From Diadema antillarum (lineage: Eukaryota): a stretch of 64,000 nt of DNA. Shown one piece after another: positions 39,855 through 50,271 of the stretch. The translations under genes were made by a program, and so were the position numbers. The notes beneath the pieces are model-generated. The model saw only the letters and a program-made list of their open reading frames with translations, was not told the origin of the DNA and did no database searches. The stretch is taken from the NCBI RefSeq assembly GCF_040938485.1, contig NW_027270916.1, positions 496,001 to 560,000 on the forward strand. Reading direction: 5' to 3'. Position 1 is the first letter of the stretch; every line of letters starts with the position of its first letter.

Positions 39855-40033
39855 CTTCAGTTCTTCCAATGCTTGTTCTGTGTAATGGCACAATACAAGG
39901 CAACACTGTGGTGATGCTGTATTGATGAGATGGAGGTAACTCTTCTTGAACATCACATGGTGTCTGATATCTGTCAGGTGACCAAGTGAAGATGCTGGCA
40001 CATTGGTATCCAGAGAGCTTAGGATCTCTGCAT
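39855..40033 (-). CDS. MKKS: MKKS/BBS6 coding exon
   Basis: TTCTACAG acceptor (phase 1), AAG|GTAAGG donor. DAEILSSL...SLGHLTDI...KSYLHLI...CCLVLCHYTEQALEELK. Confidence 0.92.
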
Positions 40034-40787
40034 CTGTAGAATTCATTTGGTCAGAGCTCAGCTTATAGAAACATTGTGGAAATGTAGCATTACATGATGC
40101 ACTTTTGCTTAAGTTAAGTATTTGAAATTATATAAATACAGCAACAAGACTTCATCAAGGTGAATTGTGATTTGCTAAAAGTCACATAAATAGCCACTAT
40201 TTTCACAGTATATTCAAATCCACTGCATTATGTCAGTATGTCAAAACAAAAGTTGCACCACAATTAATCCTTTTTCTCTCTCATTGACCTTTCTTTATCT
40301 TCTGCTGGACTAAAATGTTTCAAAATGTTGTATTATCTTCTTCTTTTTTTCTATTTCACATGACATATTTTCCACATCTCATCACTCCATTCTCAAAAAC
40401 ATTCCTACAGACACTTATGAGATACAGGCCTCTTTGTACATTATATAAGTCGGTACGACCATTCTTAAATACAGTTGTTGTATCACCCCACTGGCTACAT
40501 TCTTCAATCTATTTCTAACTACTATAAATGTCTAGATACTCGAAATGACACCATGCTATTGATAAACTGAGCATTAAATTAAAAGCCTTTGATTGTCTCC
40601 CACATTTGATATTATTGTTTTCTCTTTCATTATCTTTTTCAACATTTTTTCCACCTTTGTCTCTTGTAAATGATTCCTCATCTAATAATTTTGTATCTTT
40701 GTCTGTTTTTATCCAACGTAAAGTAAATGAAGTGTAGTTGAATTGGATGAATTGAGTGATTGGAATTAGAAAAGAGTGAATTCATAC

Positions 40788-40996
40788 CAGTGATCCGTTG
40801 CACCTCCCTGATGTGAAGCAGAGAGAGGCGATCCAAAGCCTGCACTCCCCTTGCCCTGAGGTACCCCTTCACCGAGGGGTGAATGACCCTCTGACATGCG
40901 ACCAGCCCCACCCCATGAGCCACAAGGTGATCAACCAGGTCCTTCATGGCAGCCAGGGTGGCATCCTCAGCATGCAGTCCAGGGGACAGCTCATAC
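40788..40996 (-). CDS. MKKS: MKKS/BBS6 coding exon
   Basis: TTTAAACAG acceptor (phase 2), G|GTATGA donor. GVGLVACQRVIHPSVKGYL...ALDRLS (human HVDLVLCQKVIHPSLKQFL...AIDRIG). Confidence 0.95.
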
Positions 40997-41146
40997 CTGT
41001 TTAAATGACAAAGAGATCCACCATGGCAGACATGAATACATATAAAGGCATGTGGATTTGTAGGAACAATTTCTTTGCATATTTGCATGGGACAAAATAA
41101 ATATGAAACTACAGGAAAATATGATCCATGAACCGGACTACTGTAT

Positions 41147-41352
41147 ACTGTAAAAGTGGCTATTTTCGCGCAAGTAATTTTTCGTGCTCCACCAGGTAAG
41201 ATGACTTTCACATTTTTAATTCCGCGGAATGAGGACATTCACTTCTGGAACATATGTCATGCAAAAATATTCATGTGCTTTTATTTTTGCGCTAGCTCCT
41301 GGTTGCACCAAATGTGCAAATAATTACACTCTGCGAAAATTTCTGCTTTTAC
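41147..41352. mobile_element. ~210-bp TA-target MITE (family of 25974) in an MKKS intron
   Basis: TACTGTAAAAGTGGCTATTTTCGCG start; degenerate right TIR. Confidence 0.75.
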
Positions 41353-42018
41353 CATAAGTTGAAATTTTTGCACAATTAACATTTTGCTCTCGGTCAGGTA
41401 AGATGAATTTTTTATTTTTTATTTCATGGACGGTCAGAAAAATTGAGCAAACACTTCAAACAGCTCACCACTGCAATGGTGGACAAGGGCAAATTGCTCA
41501 AGTAAATGGTAACTGGCCTGCATTACGACAGCAAATTTGTTCATGCTACAGGACTGGAGAATATGAATATACAACAGTATTATATATATGATTATATATT
41601 ATGAATATGAAAGTATAAATAACATGAAGCCAAACAAATGGCAAGAACATTTGTGTGCTTTAACTCATGTACCAGTTTCATGTCACACAAAAGGCACACA
41701 AATGTTCACTTTTATAGTACATTACAGCTACCAAACACATATCCATAATGTTTTTGCAGTCACTGATGTAGATTTTCTTAATTACAAGCATGATGTAGTG
41801 AAGCAAATGTCTACCAGGTATTCCCTGTACAAGAAACACTGGTACCTTACTGGACATTGTACTACAGCCCACTTCACTAACAATACTTGACAATTGAATA
41901 CACGGCAAAAATCATACATCTACACTGCAGTTCCAAAACGAGTCATGAATGATAGCTCTTGTCTGGTTACATACAGTACTGGGAAAGCACCATATGAACA
42001 GAAGATGTATCGATTTAC

Positions 42019-42851
42019 CTGACATCAATGAACTCTTCACTGTCGCCAGCCAGAGATATGTCATACAGTGCCACTCTGATACCACCTCCTTCTGGTCCTG
42101 TGTGGACACCAGGTGTTCCCAGGTCTCTCTTGAAAGAGGTTGGAATATCTGGAGCGGCCATCAAGACTCCCTGCACGAAGTGTGACCCCGAGATTGGCCA
42201 AGACTCGACGCCTACGATTTGGACTTGTGGCAAGGTGAGCACCTGCTGGCTGTTTGGACTGGGGATGGATGAGACAAAAGCCTGCATCACAAGGCTAGAG
42301 ATGAAGGTCACTTGACCCGTGTCCATGCCACACCCAGGCTTGCTCCCGATGACTGGCCTCACCAATGACAACATGGCGTCCATTGATGCTAGGTCAATTG
42401 GTATGCGCAAGCCATCTTGTTGATTCAATGTTTGCAGACAAAGGTCTCGCAGAATCTCATTGACACTCACACACAACACCGGGTGGAGTCCACTCTCCCA
42501 ACATTCTTCAATCAAGGCACAAGTCAGTAGAGCCGTGTACAACCCTCCGTCTGACCAAATTTTCAGGTGCCCCTCCACAGCTGCGGCAATGAGCTTCAGG
42601 ATCGGCTTAGAGAGTGACATGGACTGCAGCAGCCGCTGGCTGGACGAGGTCAGAGTGAGGTGACCGCCAGACTGGTTTTGAATCATCTTGAGAAATCCCG
42701 AGGGACCAAAGCTGGAGCTAAGAATGGAGCGGAAGACACGGAGAGCTCTTACATTAGCTGGATGTTGCTGTTGGTAGGATGAGATATGAGACTGTTCCCT
42801 AGGTGTGGCAGACACTTGGGAATTACATGATCCTGGTGAAAAGGCACTCAT
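42019..42851 (-). CDS. MKKS: MKKS/BBS6 first coding exon
   Basis: Strong acceptor ...CTCCTTTTAG immediately followed by ATG; AG|GTAAAT donor. ILSSSFGPSGFLKMI...LTSSSQRLLQ...DGGLYT...LVRPVIGSKPGC is an MKKS-type equatorial domain with degenerate GDGT. The five exons join in frame to 1974 nt. Confidence 0.96.
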
Positions 42852-43497
42852 CTAAAAGGAGAGCATAAAGGAAGAGAGAAAAGATATTGCTGATATGAAG
42901 TGACTTTATCCAAACAAATGCTGAAATAGCAAAAGTAAGATAAATGATTCACTGCTTAGCGTTTATATAGTAATGGTTTCAAAGGAAAGTTGTCTCTCAA
43001 TTAAAGGGTAAAATGACTTTGCTTGGTATATTACTATAACGGCAGGCATTACAACATTTATTACAGCACACCTCATTCCAGCCTGCATAGCATGAGTTCA
43101 TTGAGTGCCTGTGTTTTCCCTGGTTGGGCAGCCATGTCATAGTGTACCTAAAGTTACCTCAAATCCATGCTAGTGATCCACAAAGCCAACTGGACCAAGC
43201 TTTATGATATGTTTGGGTTTCTCACTTCAAGGTATCATATTGATGGCATTCTATATTCAAGTCTCAAGAGTGAGATAAAATTCATAGTTGGTGGTCTGAC
43301 ATTAATGTTTGGTGGTCTTGAAACTCGCTTCTTAGTTACCTACATTGTAGAACAAAATGGTTGAAGAATCCAGTGGATGAAATAAAAGGTGTTTCTTCTT
43401 CTTTTTTTATTTTGTAAGTTTGCCTTTTTTGGAAGAAAGGCCTGCCTGCACAATTTCTCACGTGAAACATTGCACTTACTTTGCTTGCATCTTTCAC

Positions 43498-43665
43498 TTA
43501 TTTGTCATCTTCACGTATAACGATGGATGCCTCTATCTTTTCTTCTGGTTCAGTCACAGAAGCTTTGGCCAGTTTCTGGATATTGTAGATGGTCAAGTGA
43601 ATAGCAACCAGAGTGACCCCCACAGTCAGTATCTTGTGCTCCATTATTAGCTTCCGAAGACCCAT
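43498..43665 (-). CDS. uMKKS2-like microprotein (55 aa, single hydrophobic segment) on its own exon 43480-43755
   Basis: ATG in ACAATGG context. KILTVGVTLVAIHLTIYNIQKLAKASV resembles recalled human uMKKS2 WLLVAGISFIGVHLGTYFLQRSAKQSV. Exon bounded by TGTCTCAG acceptor and A|GTAAGT donor. Confidence 0.82.
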   Translation of the reverse strand: MGLRKLIMEHKILTVGVTLVAIHLTIYNIQKLAKASVTEPEEKIEASIVIREDDK

Positions 43666-43922
43666 TGTTGGAGATAAGTGAATGTCCAAGCATCTACACA
43701 CTGCAGATCACTCCTCAGTCCAGGTGATGATTGAAAAATGAGTTAACTGATAAACCTGAGACATAAAGGATAGATTTTTTTTTTCATTATTACAATGTAG
43801 CTTCTTATTTTCAGTGTACATACCTCATCTATTTTATATGATCTCTGTTAAGGTACATGGTACTGTATTTATCTCAGGCATTCAGTAAAAAGAAGGTCAC
43901 AATACTGCTTCGAACTTGAATA

Positions 43923-44131
43923 CTGTAAAAGTGGAAATTTTCGCGGTGTTGAAATTTTCGCGCATTTCGCGCTACCAGAAACTAGCGCGAAAATAAAAGC
44001 ATGCGAATATTTTTGCTTGCCATATGTTCCTGTGCGTGATGTCTTGATTCCGCGGATTTAAAAACACGCGAAACTCTTCTCACCCGGCCTAGCGCGAAAA
44101 ATTACTCGTGCGAAAATATCCACTTCTACAG
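43923..44131. mobile_element. ~210-bp TA-target MITE (family of 25974) between the two uORF exons
   Basis: TA|CTGTAAAAGTGGAAATTTTCGC ... CGAAAATATCCACTTCTACAG|TA. Confidence 0.85.
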
Positions 44132-44482
44132 TAATCTTTTCACACAAGTTCAGGTCAAATTAAACAAACTAAAATTAGGGAGAGTGCACACTTCATTATC
44201 ACCATCTACGAAATCCCCTGACAAATGTTTTTTATTTTCTCAGATTGTAATGCCATCAGTGTAACTTTTTGGCTAATACCTCACATTTTCATCATTGCCC
44301 AATTGATATGACATCACAGCATTATTTCACACATTTCTTATGCACACAATGTATGCCTGTGTGTCGATTCTAGAGCAAAAATCGACAGCTTCTGCAACCA
44401 TAAGGAAACTATGTGTTACCTTTAACAAGTGACTAAAAGTCAACAGATAGAGGGAGAAAGAGAGGTGAGAGGTACTCACAAG

Positions 44483-44695
44483 CTAGTTGGACTTCTCAGC
44501 AGATGCTTTGGTGGCCTGTGATTTGATGTAAGCAGGTATTCGGTCCAATTTCTTCTTCCCAGCTGATTCTGTGTTAAAGACGGGATCGTTGGCTATGTAG
44601 AACCACCCCAAGTGGACAAATGTAAGACCAATCAGGCCGACAATTAGAACTTTATTGCGTACAAAGAAGTTTTTCCTCGGAACATGTGGGTTCAT
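44483..44695 (-). CDS. uMKKS1-like microprotein (70 aa, single hydrophobic segment) on its own exon 44480-44753
   Basis: ATG in ATCATGA context. NKVLIVGLIGLTFVHLGWFYIANDPVF resembles recalled human uMKKS1 YKVLVVMVPLVGLIHLGWYRIKSSPVF (shared KVL, HLGW, PVF). Exon bounded by TTTCTTCTTTTAG acceptor and T|GTGAGT donor. Confidence 0.9.
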   Translation of the reverse strand: MNPHVPRKNFFVRNKVLIVGLIGLTFVHLGWFYIANDPVFNTESAGKKKLDRIPAYIKSQATKASAEKSN

Positions 44696-44939
44696 GATGA
44701 CTTTGATTCCAGTGAAATATCTTGAGATGAAGGATCATTGGTGGCAGGAAAATCTAAAAGAAGAAAGAACAATTTCATTGGCTTAATCTCACCATGTTTT
44801 ATCAGCTTTGGAACTGACAGATAACATCAGCTTGTAACAATGCAAAGACAAAGTTAGAATAGATCTAAGTATTGCAAGCTGCTAGCTGCACTGCACACTT
44901 TTTGAAGTAATCATTCAGGAGGATGTAAATTTATAGAGT

Positions 44940-45330
44940 GTGTCGGTGTGTTTAGCGGAATATTACCAAATATGTTGTACCTGCTGTGAACTGGCTCACC
45001 GCCGCATACTGCCGCAATTACTCTTATCTATTTTCCAAATTGCCATTTTGCCTACTTGAAATAATTTAATCATTTCATATGTCACATTAGAGCTTAGAGG
45101 ATTGAATTATCTGAATTAATTTACCTACGATCATTCGATTACTGGCAGTATGAAAGTTGAAAACTTGCGTACTTGCGAGGCGAGGGCCATTCAAAGCCAA
45201 AAAAGGATTCAATCCTGAGCCTGAGGAGATAATAAAACATAACTAGTAGAATCTAATCTAGTGAGATATCAGTTCGAAATGTCACGCACAAAAGGCCTAC
45301 ACTAGTCACTAGACTCTAATCTAGGACTTA
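44940..45330 (-). promoter_or_regulatory. Probable first exon / promoter region of the uORF1-uORF2-MKKS transcript
   Basis: CpG-containing segment with candidate donors at 44960, 44998 and 45124; which one is used cannot be resolved. Confidence 0.35.
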
Positions 45331-45573
45331 GGAGTTGGCCTAGAATTTGCATTAGCAGGCTGGGACAACTGTGCTCTGGAAATTGATCCCAGCGGGAGTC
45401 ACACATATCGCAATAGGTGGGACTGTACTTACCAACAAACATCTCGTCAGAAGTAGGTTTTACTACACAAATTATATCTTCATTATGCTTGCATTCTACA
45501 TCAGTGAGATATTACATATTGTACCGTCACTCCATACTGTCACTCCCAAGCATATGACTGAAAGAAAGGTTCC

Positions 45574-47678
45574 TGGACAACTCGACCGCGGGATAAGTCG
45601 TCCCTGGACAAGTCGTCCCTACCCCTGGACAGCTCGACCGGGTCGAGTTGTCCAGGGTCAGGTTTGCGATTGGACAACTCGACCCAACTTTATTTGTGCC
45701 AGATTTTTGCAGAATGAAACACATTTTAGTCATTAAAATGGCATAGGTTAGTGGAATGATGTATGAAAAAATGTTTTATCGCATTTTTAAGGCAATTCCT
45801 ATTTATTTTCTGATGCTGCGAAGCAATATTTCACGGTATCTTCCCTGCTCTGAGAATCTCGGTGACGGAGCTTTTTCTTGTGACGACAGCCTGTATGGTA
45901 AGGTGACATTTGTTGAGAAATTTCCATTAAATGCTTATAACCAGCAAGAAAATATAGTATTTTACATAGTTATACGTGTTTTCTATCCTTAGTGACATTT
46001 TCATGAGCAGAGGAATCATTTCAGTATGAAAAATGAAACAAATGTCTACAGTATGTCGATTCGTCTTCGTTCGTACTTGTTCGGTTTCCATATCGTGGGA
46101 CGCGCGCTGCTAGCTAGCTGCTAGCTGAGAGGCTAGGCTGAGCGTGGCGCTCGCTCGCTCCCTGGCCACCAGACCCCCTCCCACCGATACCAGCCCAACT
46201 TGTGACGACATCCTGTTTGGTAAGGTGAAATTTGTTGAGAAATTTCCATAAGATGCTCATAACCAACAATAAAATATAGTATTTCATATAGGTGCATGTG
46301 TTTTCTATCCTTGGTGACATTTTATGGGCAAAGGAATAATTTCAGTAAGAAAAATGAAACAAATATATCTATGTCGAATCGTCTTCGTTCGATAGGTGTC
46401 CACACCGCGGCACGCTGCTGAGAGTGGCTCACGCTACTACCGATACCAGCAGAACGGGATACCGGCCCGCGGGCCCCGCGGGCCGTAGGGCTGGCAGTCG
46501 TGGTGCTCGCTCGATGGGTGGAGCGAGCTGTGTCGCTGCGTAGCTACGAAGTCGACCGTGATCTTTTCTTCGACATTTGGACTAAATTCCAGTCAATGAA
46601 ACTATTTCATACCTTTCTCTTAACTTTGAACGATGTTATACTGACTAAATGGTTTGAAAAGTGTCTGAAATTTTACCGTCACTGTATTGATTCATAAGTA
46701 AGCCATCAACAACATGACGACCAGGCTACAGTCTTTGTCTTGCAAGCCCAAATTCTCTGTACTACGTACCACACCACTACCCACAAGCTATGGAGAACCT
46801 GACTCCGTATTGATACAGTGGGGACCAGTACTGTACTACTGTACTGTCAACAAATAATGGGGGAAAAAGATAGTGACAAAAAAGGAAATAAGATTTCTCA
46901 CTCTTTTTCTTTTACTTTTTTTTTGTGGTTGGTTTGTTTATTTCTGTTTTTGCCAAAAAAAAAAAAGGATTGCCCTGCATGTCTTGCATTCATTAAAAAA
47001 AAAGAAAAGAAAAAGAAAAGAACAGGGAGTACATGAAGTACTGGCTGTCTTAGCTTGTCTGAAAACTTCAAATATGTAATCCTCTATTTTTTTTTTCTTC
47101 TACGCACTTCTCTCGGTCTTTGCCAAAGATACTGTTTTGAAGAAAAAAAAAAATTCTTGTAACTTACACTTGAACACTTGTAACTTATATTTACCGGTGA
47201 TTTCGGACAGTACTTTTCTGAAGTTGATGATATGATCTGAACTAATCCTTTTTAAGAAAAAAAAGGGGGATGGGTGGGGGGGGGGGGGGGGGGGGCATCC
47301 CAGGCCTGCATAGAACATCATTCTAATGCCCTGGGCAGAGTTGTGTCAGAAAAACAGAAATGTATATCTTAATTTGATTTTGTTACGTATGCATGATACA
47401 GGTTACATTGTCTCTGTCTGTCAAACTCACAGGTACTTTTTTTTTCTTAAAATAGAATTATGGTCATAATAAAAAAAAATTCTGTATGGTACGGTACTTA
47501 AAATTCTGTCTTTGTCAAAGATATAAACTGCGAAAACTGTTTGACGTTACAGACAGTTCACTACACATCGGTTACGGTGTAACATTATCCTAAATTCCTA
47601 AGGCCACGTTAAAGTCCATCAAACCATCCAGATCTCTCTAAACCTTAGTTTCATCACAGAAAACAATGTCACACCTTT
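45574..47678 (+). repeat. Left arm of a giant inverted repeat (foldback-like)
   Basis: Reverse-complement match to 55128-59673. Starts with modular GGACAACTCGACC / GGACAAGTCGTCC repeats; contains two ~190-bp direct repeats (45881, 46201). Confidence 0.92.
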
Positions 47679-47959
47679 CTTCACAACATATTTTGGGTCT
47701 GGACATGACTAATTTTCATCACATTTCATTTATCAGGGCATAAACAAAGGTGCATTTTAAATTCCACCTTGTCTTATTTTATATGTCCCAGTTTGATGTG
47801 AGCTCATCAATCTACTTATCTGGTATCTAGATAGAACAACCTCAAATTTTGCTGAATAGCCCTTTAAAGACAGGAGTATAAACGAAAACCAGAAATGTCA
47901 TTGTCAAAATGATTTATACCCCCTCTTGAAGTACTGGTGCCTATTTGACCTCAAAAAAA

Positions 47960-48350
47960 TATCATAACACTTACTATATCTACAGATTGAATGTGCACAA
48001 ATTGGAAAAGAATTTCATGACCCTGCATGGCATTCCTCATTTTGAGGCCATCAGAAATGTGCTGTTACCATGACACCACACTTTACTCTTTAAAAATGTA
48101 TCTTGCACTTTGAATATCAATTTTTTATGTGTTCCATATATCTGGTAATTTCTAATTGAAAAAAATGGCAAATTAAGTCTAATTTGTTAGTCCATTACCG
48201 CACTTAAAGGGTTATAATTTGCTATTGCCATGGCAACACACTTTCTCCCCAGTGCTGATTAAAATGTTATAATGTAAACAGGACTCCACAGCTGGGATAT
48301 TTGGTTGCAGGTGCAAGGTGGCTAGCAGTGCATAAAGCCCCCCCCCCCCC
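47960..48350 (+). repeat. Inner, more diverged inverted repeat (left copy)
   Basis: GTGCACAAATTGGAAAAGAATTTCA, TGTTACCATGACACCACACTTT and GGACTCCACAGCT match 53177-53612 on the opposite strand. Confidence 0.75.
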
Positions 48351-48387
48351 CCAAATGCAATTTGGCCAAATGCAATTTGGCCTATAA

Positions 48388-49366
48388 GGCTGCGTTCACA
48401 TAGAAGTATACTATTCGGGTATAGTACGGTACGCGTTTTCGAGGGCACGCGAATAGCTTGAATCGAACGATATGATTTTCTAACACGGGTAAGAGGGCAC
48501 TATTTGAATATGCCGAATAGCACAGAATAGTAAAGCATAGTGGGAATCGCGCTTGTTCGATTTTTGAGCAGCGTATACCGTCTTTCGATTTTGAAATGGT
48601 AACAACTTTGGTCTCGATTAGCCCTTTAGCAAAAATAATCATATAGACTGACATTCTGATGCAGTTTAGAAATTGTTAAAGGACAAGTTCACCTTCATAT
48701 ACATGTGGATTAAGTGAAGGCAACAATGTTAGTAGAACACATCAGTGAAAGTTTGGGGAAAATCCGACAATCCGTTCAAAAGTTATGAATTTTTAAAATA
48801 TCTGTGCAATCACTGCTGGATGAGAAGACTACTACAGTGTATGATGTCACATGCGTACAACGATATAAGGAAAATAAAAAGAGAATTTCACAAAACTTGA
48901 CTTTTTAAATAAAGTGCACATTTTCTTGACTTGTTACTGACTTATGTTAGGGGTAATATTATTCCCCCTGACTTCTGAAAGAGAGAAGTCGAGTGTTCTT
49001 TTATTATGTGAGAAAAGTGAGAATATCTTGAATTTTCTTTATACTTTCTTTATATAGTTGTACTCATATAACATCACAAGCTACAGTAGTCTTCTCATCC
49101 AGCCGTGACTGAGCATAAACTTCAAAAATTCATAACTTTTGAACGGATTGTCCGATTTATCCTCAAACTCTCATTGATGTGTTCTACTAATATTGCTGCA
49201 TTCTCTCAACCCACATGTCTATGAAGGTGAACTTGTCCTTTAATAAGATTGCTGGGATGGTTGTGTAGGAGGAAGACATTCGGATGGTGCGGGTGATGGT
49301 GTACTGGGTCGACTTGACGACGCATAGGGAATAACGAATACTGAATTCTTCTATGTTAACGCAGCC
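48388..49366. mobile_element. PIF/Harbinger MITE with TAA TSD, interrupted by a Kolobok-like element
   Basis: 19-bp TIR GGCTGCGTT(C/A)ACATAGAAG at both ends; TAA on both flanks. Confidence 0.85.
48680..49239. mobile_element. Kolobok-like non-autonomous element, TTAA TSD
   Basis: TTAA|AGGACAAGTTCACCTTCATA ... TATGAAGGTGAACTTGTCCT|TTAA. Confidence 0.88.
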
Positions 49367-49911
49367 TAAGGGTATACACACCTTTACATTGAGCCTAACA
49401 TGACCAATGTGTGCTATTAAACTTATGTCATCACTTAAAAACTGGAGAAGTGTGATCTGTAAGTCTTTTTGTAATTTCCTGGGCCATCATGTAGGGCTTA
49501 CAATTGTCATGGCAAACACCTTCGAATGCATTTGTATACTAATATATCTTGCACAACTTTATATTGAGTCAATTTTTGCTTGAATCTCTTGAAAACCAGC
49601 ATACTACAGTGTAGTAGTTTGAGAATTCTACAATTTTTAATGATTTGTACAAAAATGTTGTTACAGTGGCAAGACATCTTTTGACACTCACACAAAAGTG
49701 TCTTGCACAACTACACATTAAAATATAGGCCTACTGATTGTAAACATACAACTGAATTGCCAATTGAGAGAATATATTTCAATCCACAACTTTAGATGCA
49801 TGATTTTCATAAAGTTTGCAGTTATCAATTAATAGGGAGGAAAAGGTGTCGCGCATATCTGCCTGTGATTTAGCGGCTACACCTGCCAAGATTTAGGTTT
49901 ACAATGTACAA

Positions 49912-50029
49912 GTACTACTAAAAAAATGAGGGTAGTTTGATCCACAAGACTTTGCAATGGACTGACCGATGGACCATCCTTTACAAAGTCTTGTGGATCA
50001 AACTACATGTACTCTAATTTTTTTAGTAC
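49912..50029. repeat. Short hairpin-type MITE
   Basis: Perfect 23-bp inverted repeat GTAGTTTGATCCACAAGACTTTG (49932-49954 / 49984-50006) with weaker outer arms. Confidence 0.65.
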
Positions 50030-50075
50030 CAGCTTCAGAATGGGGTGCTGTTCGTTTAATTCGCAAATTCCCTAT

Positions 50076-50271
50076 ACCTAGAGGTTCTTTAATCCGAAAA
50101 TGAAAAAGGGTTCGTTAGTCTTAACATTTGTGGCATTATTCCGAAGGTTCGTTATTCCCGAGATTTGTTAATCCGAAAATGAAATTTGGAATGAAGAACC
50201 TTCAGAATAACGAATCTTAGGACTAAAGAGCCTTCGGAATAACGAACCTTTCGAATAACGAGCTGTAACCT
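50076..50271. repeat. GAAGGTTCGTTATTCCGA-type modular repeat in both orientations
   Basis: Recurrent GGTTCGTTA / TAACGAACC motifs. Confidence 0.55.

Noticed and set aside
184-42851. Neurexin + NACHO-like pair + MKKS as a functional neural/ciliary gene cluster
   Set aside because: Adjacency alone is not evidence; the genes differ in strand and share no visible regulatory element. Conserved microsynteny across phyla would be needed.
43666-43701. N-terminal extensions in the ORF track (uORF2 MCRCLD..., TMEM35-A MDQPA, TMEM35-B 26 aa)
   Set aside because: They begin at GTG/TTG codons; downstream ATGs have good context and match the family N-termini.
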